NCBI GenBank assembly: GCA_031119295.1
Contig: JAVHYE010000001.1
Location: 671 to 64,670 of the forward strand
From: Pedobacter sp.
Lineage (GTDB): Bacteria; Pseudomonadota; Gammaproteobacteria; Pseudomonadales; Moraxellaceae
Length of the DNA stretch: 64,000 bases
Direction: 5' to 3'
The notes beneath the pieces were generated by a model, which was not told where the DNA came from, ran no database searches, and saw only the letters and a program-made list of their open reading frames with translations. Positions 27,595 through 38,443 of the stretch are shown one piece after another. How positions within the stretch are numbered: position 1 is the first letter of the stretch; each line of letters starts with the position of its first letter. The position numbers and the translations under genes are program-made.

Positions 27595-29503
27595 CTCCAT
27601 CACCAGAACCCTTTCAAAACTCCTTTTTTCTCTTGCTTTACTGCTGCCAGCCCTCAGCCTGGCGGCTGACGAAGGCGCGGTAGCGCCGCAATATCGCTTC
27701 CTCACTTTCCTCGTGTTCGGTTCCATCATTGCGCTGACCATGTATGTCACCTTCCTGGCGGCCAAGCGCGTGCATTCGGCTTCCGATTTTTATACGGCCG
27801 GTGGAGGCATCTCCGGTCTGCAGAATGGCTGGGCCATTGCCGGTGATTATCTTTCGGCTGCGTCCTTCCTCGGCATTGCCGGTCTGATTTCGCTCTATGG
27901 TTATGACGGTTTCATGTATTCCGTGGGCTTCCTCATGGCCTATATCACCGTGCTGCTGGTGATTGCCGAGCCCTGCCGCAATATCGGCAAATACACGTTG
28001 GCCGACATCCTGGCTTATCGCAACGATCCCAAGAAAACGCGCGTCTTCGGTGCCATTTCCGTGATCACCGTGTCCACGATTTATCTCACCGCGCAGATGG
28101 TGGGCGGCGGCGTGTTGGTGAAGACGCTGATCGGTATCGATTACGAGGTTTCCGTGATCGTGGTGGGTGTGCTCATGCTGGCCTATGTGCTGTTTGGCGG
28201 CATGGTGGCCACGACCTGGGTGCAGATCATCAAGGCTGTTTTGCTGGTGCTGGCTTCCATTGTGCTGGTGATGCTGGTGTGGGCTCCTTACGGATTTTCT
28301 TTCCCGGGCTTTCTGCAAGCGGCTGTGGGTGATGCCAAGGTACAGGCACAAGTGGCCAAGCTCCTGGGAGATTCCTCCAGCAATATGTCGGCGGCTGAAT
28401 TGGGCCAGCGTTTCCTCGAGCCCGGTCTCTATCTGAAAGATCCGCTGGACCAGATTTCTCTCGGCTTGGCGCTGGTGCTGGGCACGGCCGGTCTGCCGCA
28501 TATCCTCATGCGTTTCTTCACCGTGCCGACAGCACAGGAAGCGCGTAAATCCGTGATCTGGGCCATGGGCATCATCGGCGGTTTCTATGTGCTGACCATA
28601 TTCCTGGGTCTGGGTGCGGCCATCAAAGTTGGTGCGCCGGAAATCTCCGGCATAGACAAGGGCGGCAATATGGCGGCACCGCTGCTCGCGCAATATCTCG
28701 GCGGTGGTGCGGATTCCATGCTGGGTAATTTGTTCCTCGCTTTTGTTGCCGCGGTTGCCTTTGCCACCATCGTGGCCGTGGTTGCCGGCCTTGTGCTCGC
28801 TGCTGCCAGCGCCATGGCACATGATCTTTATGTGGGCGTGATACGTGAGGATCATGTTTCTGCGCAGGAGCAGGTGCGTGCAGCACGTATTGCCACCGTG
28901 CTGGTGGGTGCACTGGCCATCGTCATCGGCATTGCGGCCAAGGGCCAGAATGTGGCGCATCTCGTGGGTCTGGCTTTTGCGGTGGCGGCCAGCGCCAATC
29001 TGCCCTGCATCGTGCTCACGCTGTACTGGCGTCGTTGCAATACCGGCGGCATCATCGCCGGCATGGTGGTGGGGACCTGTACTGCCATCGCGCTGGTGCT
29101 GGTCTCGCCCAATATGACCTATCCGCTGAAAGTGCGTGCTGATGCCGAAAAAGTGCTGGCAGCAGCGCCGGCCAAGCATGCCGAGCTGGATACCAAACTG
29201 CAGGCAACTGCTCCGGAAGAGCGCAGCAAGGTGGAAAAGGCCATTGCCAAGCTTGAGAAGGATGTGAAGAAGGCTGAGGATGATCTGGCGAAAAATGCGG
29301 GCAAGACCACCTCGCTGGTGGGTCTGGAAAAGCCGCTGATTCCGCTCAAGAATCCGGGCATCATTTCTATCCCGCTGGGCTTCCTCGCGGTTTTTCTGGG
29401 CTCGCTGCTCTGGCGTCGTGACGAGCGTGCTGATGAGCTCTGGGATGAAATCTATGTGCGGCAGAATACCGGCATAGGCGCCGAGAAAGCGCAGAAGCAC
29501 TGA
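27587..29503 (+). CDS. actP: Cation/acetate symporter ActP (SSS family), with a charged insertion near the C-terminus
   Basis: 638 aa from the ATG at 27587 (SD ggagggg). SSS-family body (GGGISGLQNGWAIAGDYLSAASFLGIAG). Residues 515-591 are a Lys/Glu/Ala-rich non-membrane segment. Confidence 0.9.
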   Translation: MNNSITRTLSKLLFSLALLLPALSLAADEGAVAPQYRFLTFLVFGSIIALTMYVTFLAAKRVHSASDFYTAGGGISGLQNGWAIAGDYLSAASFLGIAGLISLYGYDGFMYSVGFLMAYITVLLVIAEPCRNIGKYTLADILAYRNDPKKTRVFGAISVITVSTIYLTAQMVGGGVLVKTLIGIDYEVSVIVVGVLMLAYVLFGGMVATTWVQIIKAVLLVLASIVLVMLVWAPYGFSFPGFLQAAVGDAKVQAQVAKLLGDSSSNMSAAELGQRFLEPGLYLKDPLDQISLGLALVLGTAGLPHILMRFFTVPTAQEARKSVIWAMGIIGGFYVLTIFLGLGAAIKVGAPEISGIDKGGNMAAPLLAQYLGGGADSMLGNLFLAFVAAVAFATIVAVVAGLVLAAASAMAHDLYVGVIREDHVSAQEQVRAARIATVLVGALAIVIGIAAKGQNVAHLVGLAFAVAASANLPCIVLTLYWRRCNTGGIIAGMVVGTCTAIALVLVSPNMTYPLKVRADAEKVLAAAPAKHAELDTKLQATAPEERSKVEKAIAKLEKDVKKAEDDLAKNAGKTTSLVGLEKPLIPLKNPGIISIPLGFLAVFLGSLLWRRDERADELWDEIYVRQNTGIGAEKAQKH

Positions 29504-29616
29504 CACAGAAGAAAACCGGTGCCACATCGATCGCAAAGATCGGTGTGGCAGCGGGAAAACGAAAATAACGCAGGCGCTGCAGGGAAAGCTGGTAGCGCCT
29601 TCCAAGGAGACACGAC

Positions 29617-31590
29617 ATGAGCACTATCGATTCCATACTGGTGGAAAGCCGCGTCTTTCCCGCTCCCGACGATTTCCGTCGCCGCGCCAATGTGCCAGGC
29701 ATGGAGGCCTATAACGCGCTCTGCGAACAGGCAGAAAGTGATTACGAAGGTTTCTGGGCCAATCTCGCCCGCGAAAACCTGAGCTGGCACAAGCCTTTCA
29801 CCAAGGTGCTGGACGAGAGCAAAGCGCCTTTCTACCGCTGGTTTTACGATGGCGAGCTCAATGTTTCTTTCAATTGCATAGACCGGCATCTGCCCCTGCT
29901 GGCCAACAAGATTGCGCTGATTTTCGAATCCGATAATGGCACGGTACGGCGCGTGACGTATGCCGAGCTGGCGCGCCTGGTCGGCCAGTTTGCCAATGGT
30001 TTGAAATCACTGGGTGTGACCAAGGGTGATCGCGTCATCGTCTATATGCCCATGAGCATAGAAGCGGTGGTTGCCATGCAGGCTTGTGCGCGCATAGGTG
30101 CCATCCATTCTGTGGTCTTCGGTGGCTTTTCTGCCAAGAGCCTGAACGAACGCATCATCGATGCCGGTGCCAAGCTGGTGATTACCGCTAATGCCGGCAT
30201 ACGCGGTGGCAAGGTGGTGCCGCTGAAAGCCACCACGGATGAAGCCGTGGACATGGGCGGCTGCAGCACGCTGGAGCGTGTGATTGTCTATCGCCGTGCT
30301 GATGAACAGGACGCACCGGTGAAGTGGCACAAGGGCCGCGATATCTGGTGGCATGATCTGGTGGAAGACAAGCCGGATCACTGCGAGCCGACCTGGGTCA
30401 ATGCTGAAGATCCTCTGTTCATTCTCTACACCTCGGGCTCCACCGGAAAACCCAAAGGCGTGCAGCACTCCAGCGCCGGTTATCTGCTGGGTGCCGTGAA
30501 TTCCATGCGCTGGGTTTTCGATTACAAGCCGGATGATATTTTCTGGTGTACGGCCGATGTGGGCTGGATCACCGGCCACTCCTATGTGGCTTATGGTCCC
30601 TTGGCCATGGGCGGCACGCAGGTGATTTTCGAGGGTGTGCCGACGTATCCGGATGCCGGCCGTTTCTGGCAGATGATAGAGCGTCATCGTGTCACGACGT
30701 TTTATACCGCGCCTACTGCCATACGCTCGCTGATAAAGCTCGGTGCAGATTTGCCGGGCAAATTCGATCTGTCTTCACTGCGCCTTTTAGGTACGGTGGG
30801 TGAGCCCATCAATCCTGAAGCCTGGATGTGGTATCACGAAAAAGTCGGTGGTGGCCGTTGCCCCATCGTTGATACCTGGTGGCAGACCGAAACCGGCTCG
30901 CACATGATTGCGCCGCTGCCGGGTGCCGTACCCACCAAGCCCGGCTCCTGTACCTTGCCGCTGCCCGGCATCATGGCGGATATCGTGGATGAAGCCGGCA
31001 TGCCGGTGGAAAAAGGCAAGGGCGGCTTTCTCGTCATCAAGCGTCCTTTCCCTTCACAGGTGCGTACGCTCTGGGGTGATCCTGACCGTTTCGTGAAATC
31101 GTATTTCCCTGAGGAATACAACGGCCGCATTTATCTGGCCGGTGATTCTGCGCATCGCGATGAAAGCGGTTATTTCTGGATCATGGGACGCATCGACGAC
31201 GTGCTGAATGTGTCCGGCCATCGCCTCGGTACCATGGAAGTGGAGTCGGCACTGGTGGCCAATCCGCTGGTGGCGGAAGCCGCCGTGGTGGGGCGCCCGG
31301 ATGCTCTCAAGGGCGAAGCCATTGTCGCCTTCGTGGTGCTCAAGGGGCCGCGGCCTTCCGGTGAGGAAGGCAAGAAGATAGTCGGCAATCTGCGTGACTG
31401 GGTGGCGAGTGAAATCGGTGCCATCGCCAAGCCGGAAGAAATCCGTTTTGGTGACAATCTGCCCAAGACCCGTTCCGGGAAAATCATGCGTCGCCTGCTG
31501 CGCTCCATCGCCAAGGGCGAGACCATCACCCAGGATGTGTCCACGCTGGAGAACCCTGCCATCCTGCAGCAGTTGCAGGAAAGCGTCTGA
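29617..31590 (+). CDS. acs: Acetyl-CoA synthetase
   Basis: 657 aa with the AMP-binding motif [11 protein letters not shown] and C-terminal [15 protein letters not shown]. Confidence 0.97.
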   Translation: MSTIDSILVESRVFPAPDDFRRRANVPGMEAYNALCEQAESDYEGFWANLARENLSWHKPFTKVLDESKAPFYRWFYDGELNVSFNCIDRHLPLLANKIALIFESDNGTVRRVTYAELARLVGQFANGLKSLGVTKGDRVIVYMPMSIEAVVAMQACARIGAIHSVVFGGFSAKSLNERIIDAGAKLVITANAGIRGGKVVPLKATTDEAVDMGGCSTLERVIVYRRADEQDAPVKWHKGRDIWWHDLVEDKPDHCEPTWVNAEDPLFILYTSGSTGKPKGVQHSSAGYLLGAVNSMRWVFDYKPDDIFWCTADVGWITGHSYVAYGPLAMGGTQVIFEGVPTYPDAGRFWQMIERHRVTTFYTAPTAIRSLIKLGADLPGKFDLSSLRLLGTVGEPINPEAWMWYHEKVGGGRCPIVDTWWQTETGSHMIAPLPGAVPTKPGSCTLPLPGIMADIVDEAGMPVEKGKGGFLVIKRPFPSQVRTLWGDPDRFVKSYFPEEYNGRIYLAGDSAHRDESGYFWIMGRIDDVLNVSGHRLGTMEVESALVANPLVAEAAVVGRPDALKGEAIVAFVVLKGPRPSGEEGKKIVGNLRDWVASEIGAIAKPEEIRFGDNLPKTRSGKIMRRLLRSIAKGETITQDVSTLENPAILQQLQESV

Positions 31591-31618
31591 GCTTTTCATC
31601 TCCAGAAACGCTCTCATG

Positions 31619-31646
31619 AAAAAGGCCGCTTATGCGGCCTTTTTTT
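31619..31646. terminator. Bidirectional intrinsic terminator (acs / convergent membrane-protein gene)
   Basis: AAAAAGGCCGCttatGCGGCCTTTTT. The loop contains the stop codon of the minus-strand gene (31630-31632). Confidence 0.8.
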
Positions 31647-33660
31647 CTGTGGAATTTTTGTCCGGGGGTGGCAGCGGCCCCACGAAAACGACGTCTTTGG
31701 GCGGCCAGAGGAAACGCAGCGGATTTTTCAGGAAACGTTTCCAGATCATGCCCAGCAGCGGCAGCCATTGCCGGTTATGCACGCGGCGGGACTTGAGCGC
31801 CACCACGAGAGCGAGACCGAAGCTCACCAGCAGATTGGTGAGGCCTATGCCGACCAGGCCATAAATGCTGAGCAGCAGGGTGTGCAGAGGCAGGCTCTGG
31901 TCACTGCCGACAAAGGCAAAGCCGAAATAGGCGGATGAAAAGGTGATATGGCGTATGTCCAGCGGCAGGCCGAGGATGAGTCCCAGCGTTCCCATGCTGC
32001 CCAGCATGATGCCGAAATAGAAATTCCCGGCCAGGGCGCCCAGATTGTTTTCGATATAGCCGGTGAGGCGAGCCAGACGTTCTTCGCCCAACAGCCTTTG
32101 CAGGCTTTTGCGCTGCCGCAGGCGCTCGGGAATACGGTTGTAGACCGCCTTGTTGTCGTAGTAACCGGAAATGAGGCCGGAGAGAAAAAGACAAACACCG
32201 GCAATGGCGGCATGAAAAAGAGCAAGGCTGTGCAATGGATCGAGATCGTGCAGCAGGTGCTTCACTTTTTCGGGATCAGCTAGATGCTCGCCGGTCTGGA
32301 AATACCAAAGCCAGGCCAGCAAATAAGCCATGGGCATCGCCAGTAACACATTGCCCATGATGGCGATGAACTGAGTGCGAAAAACATTCACGCACAGATC
32401 GGCGAGCGCTTCCAGATCGCTGTCACGATTGTTTTCCGTTTCCTGGATGCTGGCGGCAATACGCGCGGCCGTCATCGCCGGTTGTTTGGTGGCGATGGTG
32501 AAGTGCAGCACATGGACCAGCATGAAACCCAGGGAGTAATTCATGCTGTAGATGAAGGCGGCGCCTATGGGCGCCAGGCTCAGCTTGCTGGCCAGCACCT
32601 TGATAAGGGCCATGAAGCCGACAATGAAACCGGCGCCGAGACCGGAACGGAACATGCCGAAATAATCGCGTCTTGTCGTGGTGACGTAGTGATCACCGGT
32701 TTGCCCGGCATTTTCGGTGACACGCAGGGCCAGCAGGCTGGTATGCGTGGCAAACACTTCGCGCATGCTGTAGCGGCGGTTATCGGCGTACACGAGCTCC
32801 TTGAACAGGCTGACAGCCAGCCGGTTTCTGGCTTCGCCCGTGCTTTGCTGTATTTGCAGCAGGGTTTCCATGCGGTGCATGGTCTGCCGCATGCGTACCA
32901 GTATCTGTGTCAGTCCCACGCTGATGCCGGTGCTGGTCATGCGCTTGCGTATCTTGCGCAGCAATTCGCGGCACTGGGTGATCAGCACCAGGGCCTGTTT
33001 GTCATCACTGTGGTCCTTGCGCTGGCCATCCAGGAAGTCGTGATATTCCTGTACGTAATCCTGTATTTCTGCATTGAGGGCGAGGAAGGGCGAGGTGTAG
33101 TTCTCGATTTCCGGAAATACACGCACCAGTTGCGGATCAAGGCCCAGGGAGGTCAGGCGATGTGAGAGCGTGGTGAGGGCATTGAGGATTTCAAGGTCGG
33201 CGCGGTTGGTACCGCGCTCGGTCAGCTCCTCGAAATGCACAGCATCAACAAAGCGCAGCCAGAGTTCGTCTTCCAGCGCCGTGATCCACTGCCAGTCGTC
33301 GCGGTGATTGAACATCTGGCTGAAGATGTCCTTGAAGTGGTCGTCGTTGACGGCCGGCGGCAGGATTTTCCAGGACAGGCGCTGGTTCATTTCCGTGAAA
33401 AAGCCGGTGCCGTCGAAAATGCCTATGTCCGAATAAAGATGTGATTGCTTGCGTGAGCCTATGACGCGCAGCAGGTATTTGCGCAGGCCCAGGCGGAGCT
33501 CTGGTGATTGCTCCAGCAGATAGCAGAGTGCCAGCAGATTATTGCGTGCCTGATTGATGTCGGAGGTCTTCTGCGGGCGCAGTGCAGCGACCAGGGCTAT
33601 GAGCCCGTCGGCGCTGCGGTCCTCGGTATTGGCGGCAATTTGCCGGAGCAATTCTTCCAT
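31630..33660 (-). CDS. Large polytopic membrane protein of the so-called site-specific recombinase (Gcr/PF10136-like) family
   Basis: 676 aa from the ATG (comp. 33658-33660): MEELLRQIAAN...LIALVAALRP. An N-terminal ~330-aa soluble helical region is followed by 8 or more hydrophobic helices. The family assignment is from memory of the N-terminal pattern and overall architecture. Confidence 0.7.
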   Translation of the reverse strand: MEELLRQIAANTEDRSADGLIALVAALRPQKTSDINQARNNLLALCYLLEQSPELRLGLRKYLLRVIGSRKQSHLYSDIGIFDGTGFFTEMNQRLSWKILPPAVNDDHFKDIFSQMFNHRDDWQWITALEDELWLRFVDAVHFEELTERGTNRADLEILNALTTLSHRLTSLGLDPQLVRVFPEIENYTSPFLALNAEIQDYVQEYHDFLDGQRKDHSDDKQALVLITQCRELLRKIRKRMTSTGISVGLTQILVRMRQTMHRMETLLQIQQSTGEARNRLAVSLFKELVYADNRRYSMREVFATHTSLLALRVTENAGQTGDHYVTTTRRDYFGMFRSGLGAGFIVGFMALIKVLASKLSLAPIGAAFIYSMNYSLGFMLVHVLHFTIATKQPAMTAARIAASIQETENNRDSDLEALADLCVNVFRTQFIAIMGNVLLAMPMAYLLAWLWYFQTGEHLADPEKVKHLLHDLDPLHSLALFHAAIAGVCLFLSGLISGYYDNKAVYNRIPERLRQRKSLQRLLGEERLARLTGYIENNLGALAGNFYFGIMLGSMGTLGLILGLPLDIRHITFSSAYFGFAFVGSDQSLPLHTLLLSIYGLVGIGLTNLLVSFGLALVVALKSRRVHNRQWLPLLGMIWKRFLKNPLRFLWPPKDVVFVGPLPPPDKNSTEKKAA

Positions 33661-33791
33661 GGATGGCCGGGTTTCCTGTAGGGGCGGCAAGAGTAAGCGG
33701 GCAAAAGTATGGACAAGAGAGTGCCACGCTTCCATGACGGAAACGACAGGTCTTGCGTACAGGAGAAATCAGGAAGGTTCTGCGAAAGAAG

Positions 33792-33868
33792 TGGTCGGGG
33801 TGAGAGGATTTGAACCTCCGGCCTCTACGTCCCGAACGTAGCGCTCCACCAAGCTGAGCTACACCCCG
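33792..33868 (-). tRNA. tRNA-Pro (anticodon CGG)
   Basis: The reverse complement CGGGGTGtaGCTCagcttggtgGAGCgCTACGttCGGgaCGTAGaggccGGAGGttcaaatCCTCTCACCCCGacca folds as a 77-nt cloverleaf with an encoded CCA. The T-arm matches the E. coli proK type. Confidence 0.95.
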
Positions 33869-33910
33869 ATGCCGACTCGCCAGACCTGCTGTTGATGGTC
33901 GTAGCGGCGA

Positions 33911-33947
33911 GGCGCGCATTGTATAGAAGCCGCTGCAAACGATGCAA
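33911..33947 (-). promoter_or_regulatory. Candidate sigma70 promoter of tRNA-Pro
   Basis: Minus strand: TTGCAT - 18 nt - TACAAT followed by the GC-rich discriminator GCGCGCC, about 40 nt upstream of the mature tRNA 5' end. Confidence 0.4.
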
Positions 33948-33986
33948 CGGCCGCCGGTATTTATTTCCCGGCCGCCGTTTCAGGCC

Positions 33987-34949
33987 TCAGCTTTCGCGGG
34001 CCAGTGCCAGCCGGGTGAGATTTTCCAGTGCCGTGCGATAGCTCGATGGCGGCAAGGGAGCCAGCGCCGCCAATGCCAGCTCGGACTCCTGACGCGCGCG
34101 TTCGCGGGTGTAATCAATGGCGCCGCTGCGCTGCACGATGGCGATGATTTCTGCGAGGTGCTCAAGGCCACCGGTACGTATGGCCTGGCGTATGAGCTCG
34201 GCCTCGGCGTCCGGCGCGGTTTTCATGGCCTGGATCAGGGGCAGGGTGGGTTTGCCCTCGGCGAGATCGTCGCCCACGTTCTTGCCCATGACTTCAGCCG
34301 AGCTGGTGTAGTCCAGCACGTCGTCGATGATCTGGAAGGCGGCGCCGAGATGGCGGGCATAGCTGGCGCAGGCTTCCTGCAGGGCAGGATTGCCGAGCGC
34401 GCCGCCGCATTCGGCTGCTGCCTCGAAGAGCTTGGCCGTCTTGCCGTGTATGACTTCCATATAGCGCGCTTCGGTGGTGGCCGGATCGCGCTGGTTGATC
34501 AACTGCAGCACTTCGCCCTCGGCAATGACACAGGTGCCGGCGGCCATGATGTCCATGACCACGGGATTGCGCAGGTTCACCACCAGTTGGAAGGAGCGGG
34601 AAATCAGGTAGTCGCCCACCAGCACGGCAGTGGGATTGTCCCAGCGGGCATTGGCGGTGGCGCGGCCGCGGCGCAGGCCGGAGTCGTCCACCACATCGTC
34701 GTGCAGCAGGGTGGAGGTGTGCAGCAGCTCGATGATGGCAGCCACTTCTATATGCTTGTCGCCCTGATAACCGCAGGCGCGGGCAGCCAGCAGGCAGACC
34801 AGGGGGCGCAGGCGCTTGCCGCCACCCTGCACGATGTACTGGCCCACTTCATTGATCAGGGGTACCCGGGATTCCAGGCTCTTTTTTATAAAGGTATCAA
34901 CGGCGGCGAAGTCTTCAGCCACCACCGCGACAATGCTCTTGAAATCCAT
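33987..34949 (-). CDS. ispB: Octaprenyl-diphosphate synthase
   Basis: 320 aa with polyprenyl synthase motifs LLHDDVVDD and FQIIDDVLDY. Confidence 0.95.
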   Translation of the reverse strand: MDFKSIVAVVAEDFAAVDTFIKKSLESRVPLINEVGQYIVQGGGKRLRPLVCLLAARACGYQGDKHIEVAAIIELLHTSTLLHDDVVDDSGLRRGRATANARWDNPTAVLVGDYLISRSFQLVVNLRNPVVMDIMAAGTCVIAEGEVLQLINQRDPATTEARYMEVIHGKTAKLFEAAAECGGALGNPALQEACASYARHLGAAFQIIDDVLDYTSSAEVMGKNVGDDLAEGKPTLPLIQAMKTAPDAEAELIRQAIRTGGLEHLAEIIAIVQRSGAIDYTRERARQESELALAALAPLPPSSYRTALENLTRLALARES

Positions 34950-35074
34950 GTGCTACAGGCCACACAGCGGCTGGGGTAATGGGCGCGAATGCTAGCAGCC
35001 GCGCGGGCTGAGGGCTACCGCTCCCGGCCTTAAAGTCTTGTCTGGCCGGGCTTTTTCCGGTTTGCAAATGCGGC

Positions 35075-35111
35075 TTGCGGGCGGGGGGTGTTTTCCGTAG
35101 AATTGCGCGCC
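35075..35111 (+). promoter_or_regulatory. Candidate sigma70 promoter of rplU-rpmA
   Basis: TTGCGG - 17 nt - TAGAAT followed by the discriminator TGCGCGCC. Leaves a ~115-nt leader before the rplU ATG. Confidence 0.45.
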
Positions 35112-35225
35112 TTGCGAGTCGGCCGGGCGGCCAAGCCATTGAATAGCCTGTTTTGCCATCTGAAGGGATGGTCGATGGGCAGCCCACCGACAAGGCTCTC
35201 TAAATACAGAATCTGGAGTGGCATC

Positions 35226-35537
35226 ATGTACGCGGTAATCAAGAGCGGTGGCAAACAGCATCGCGTGGTAGAAGGCGAATTGCTGAAGGTTGAGCTGCTG
35301 GACGTCGAGCCCGGCCAGACCATCACCCTCGAAGATGTGCTGATGGTGGTTAACGGCAGCGACATCAAGATCGGCACCCCTGTGGTTGCTGGCGCCAAGG
35401 TGCAGGTTGAAGTGGTTTCCCACGGCCGTCACGACAAGGTTCGCATCGTCAAGTTCCGTCGTCGCAAGCACCACCGCAAGCAGGCTGGCCACCGCCAGTA
35501 CTACACCGAACTCAAGATCACCGGCATCAGCGCCTAA
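35226..35537 (+). CDS. rplU: 50S ribosomal protein L21
   Basis: 103 aa from the ATG at 35226: [23 protein letters not shown]. Confidence 0.95.
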   Translation: MYAVIKSGGKQHRVVEGELLKVELLDVEPGQTITLEDVLMVVNGSDIKIGTPVVAGAKVQVEVVSHGRHDKVRIVKFRRRKHHRKQAGHRQYYTELKITGISA

Positions 35538-35561
35538 TACCAGTTTCAGGAGTATCCGGAC

Positions 35562-35825
35562 ATGGCACATAAAAAGGCAGGCGGTTCAACCCGCAACGGT
35601 CGCGACTCAGAAGCCAAACGACTTGGCGTCAAGGTGTTCGGCGGCCAGGAAATCCAGGCTGGCGCCATCATCATCCGCCAGCGCGGCACCCAGTTCTATC
35701 CGGGTGAGAACGTCGGCATCGGCCGTGACCACACCCTGTTCGCCAAAGCGCACGGCGTGGTGAAGTTCGTGAAGAAGGGCCTCCCCCTGCGTCAGTACGT
35801 TGTGGTTGAAACGGCCAACGCCTGA
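35562..35825 (+). CDS. rpmA: 50S ribosomal protein L27
   Basis: 87 aa: [24 protein letters not shown]. Confidence 0.97.
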   Translation: MAHKKAGGSTRNGRDSEAKRLGVKVFGGQEIQAGAIIIRQRGTQFYPGENVGIGRDHTLFAKAHGVVKFVKKGLPLRQYVVVETANA

Positions 35826-35858
35826 TCCCACAGCGCCTGGCTTGCAGGCAGCCTGAAG

Positions 35859-35888
35859 AAAAAGCCCCGCCTGGTCGGGGCTTTTTTG
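35859..35888 (+). terminator. Intrinsic terminator after rpmA
   Basis: AAAAGCCCCGcctggtCGGGGCTTTTttg. Confidence 0.8.
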
Positions 35889-35957
35889 TTGGTGTATTTC
35901 ATGTCGCTGGCTTTGTTTCATGCAACGCGGCGGCAAACATTTTTAATGTGGCGGTAA

Positions 35958-37178
<1,221 letters not shown>

Positions 37179-37243
37179 GCAATACCGCACGCCGGAGTTT
37201 TCCGGCGTTTGCTTTTCTGATCGCGCACAAGAATACGAAAACG

Positions 37244-38374
37244 ATGAGCACGAATAACCGCCAACGCCTTGCCCAGGGTCGCCGCTGGGTCGTCAAGATC
37301 GGTTCCGCCCTGCTGACCGATAACGGTCAGGGGCTGGACATGGAGGCCATGGCCGGCTGGGTGCAGCAGATGGTGGCGCTGCAGAAATCCGGTGTGGAAC
37401 TGGTGCTGGTGTCGTCCGGTGCGGTGGCCGAAGGCATGGTGCGCATGGGTCTGAAGCTGCGCCCGGAAGCTGTGCATGAATTGCAGGCTTGTGCGGCTAT
37501 CGGCCAGATGGGTCTGGTGCAGGCTTATGAATCGCATTTCCGCCAACATGATGTGAAAACAGCCCAGATTCTGCTCACGCATGATGATCTGTCTGATCGC
37601 CAGCGTTATCTCAATGCGCGTAACACCCTGCGCACCTTGATCGAATGGAAAGTGCTGCCCGTCATCAATGAAAACGATACGGTGGCCACGGATGAAATCC
37701 GTTTCGGTGACAACGACACCCTGGGTGCTCTGGTCGCCAATCTCATCGAAGCTGACACGCTGGTGATACTCACGGACCAGGACGGTATGTTCGATCGTGA
37801 TCCACGTCATGATCCTGATGCCGTGCTGCTGCCGGAAGTGCAGGCCATGGATGAAAAGCTGCTGGCCATGGCTGGTGGTGGTGGCTTGCTCGGTCGTGGC
37901 GGCATGATCACCAAGGTGCGTGCGGCGCGTCTGGCTTCGCGTTCGGGCTGCCATACCGTGATCGCCAGCGGCCGCGGTGAAAACATTCTGGTGCGTCTGC
38001 GTCAGGCCGAAGTGCTGGGTACGTTGCTGCTGCCCGAGCAGGACAGGCTGGCGGCGCGTAAACAATGGTTGGCGGCGCATCTGCAGCATGCCGGTCGCGT
38101 CGTGATTGATGCCGGAGCGGTAAAAGCTTTGCGACAGGGTGGCCGCAGCCTTCTGCCCGTGGGCGTGAAAAAAGTGGAAGGCAATTTCCAGCGCGGCGAA
38201 GTGGTGGCCTGCGTGGATGAGCAGGGCATGCAGGTGGCCGTGGGTCTGGTGAATTACAGTGCCGATGAAGCCAGCCGTATTGCCGGCCAGCCTTCGGAAA
38301 AGATCGAAGCGCTGCTGGGCTATGTGGACGATGCCGAGCTCATGCATCGTGACAATCTGGTGGTACTGGCCTGA
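37244..38374 (+). CDS. proB: Glutamate 5-kinase
   Basis: 376 aa. [35 protein letters not shown], and a C-terminal PUA domain. Confidence 0.95.
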   Translation: MSTNNRQRLAQGRRWVVKIGSALLTDNGQGLDMEAMAGWVQQMVALQKSGVELVLVSSGAVAEGMVRMGLKLRPEAVHELQACAAIGQMGLVQAYESHFRQHDVKTAQILLTHDDLSDRQRYLNARNTLRTLIEWKVLPVINENDTVATDEIRFGDNDTLGALVANLIEADTLVILTDQDGMFDRDPRHDPDAVLLPEVQAMDEKLLAMAGGGGLLGRGGMITKVRAARLASRSGCHTVIASGRGENILVRLRQAEVLGTLLLPEQDRLAARKQWLAAHLQHAGRVVIDAGAVKALRQGGRSLLPVGVKKVEGNFQRGEVVACVDEQGMQVAVGLVNYSADEASRIAGQPSEKIEALLGYVDDAELMHRDNLVVLA

Positions 38375-38402
38375 CTTTTTCCAGCACAAAATCCAGAGCA
38401 AT

Positions 38403-38430
38403 AAAAAAGCCCGCATCTGCGGGCTTTTTT
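38403..38430. terminator. Bidirectional intrinsic terminator (proB / cytochrome gene)
   Basis: AAAAAAGCCCGCatctGCGGGCTTTTTT. Confidence 0.8.
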
Positions 38431-38443
38431 ATTCTTGCTGCTC

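Noticed and set aside
33955-33985. Direct repeat CGGCCGCCG ... CGGCCGCCG downstream of ispB
   Set aside because: A short GC-rich repeat with only two copies, in a region where an (imperfect) ispH-style terminator hairpin is expected. Not enough to call a repeat element.
33736-33986. Possible genomic island integrated at tRNA-Pro
   Set aside because: No integrase or excisionase gene, no direct repeat of the tRNA 3' end that I could find nearby, and no compositional shift in the adjacent genes.
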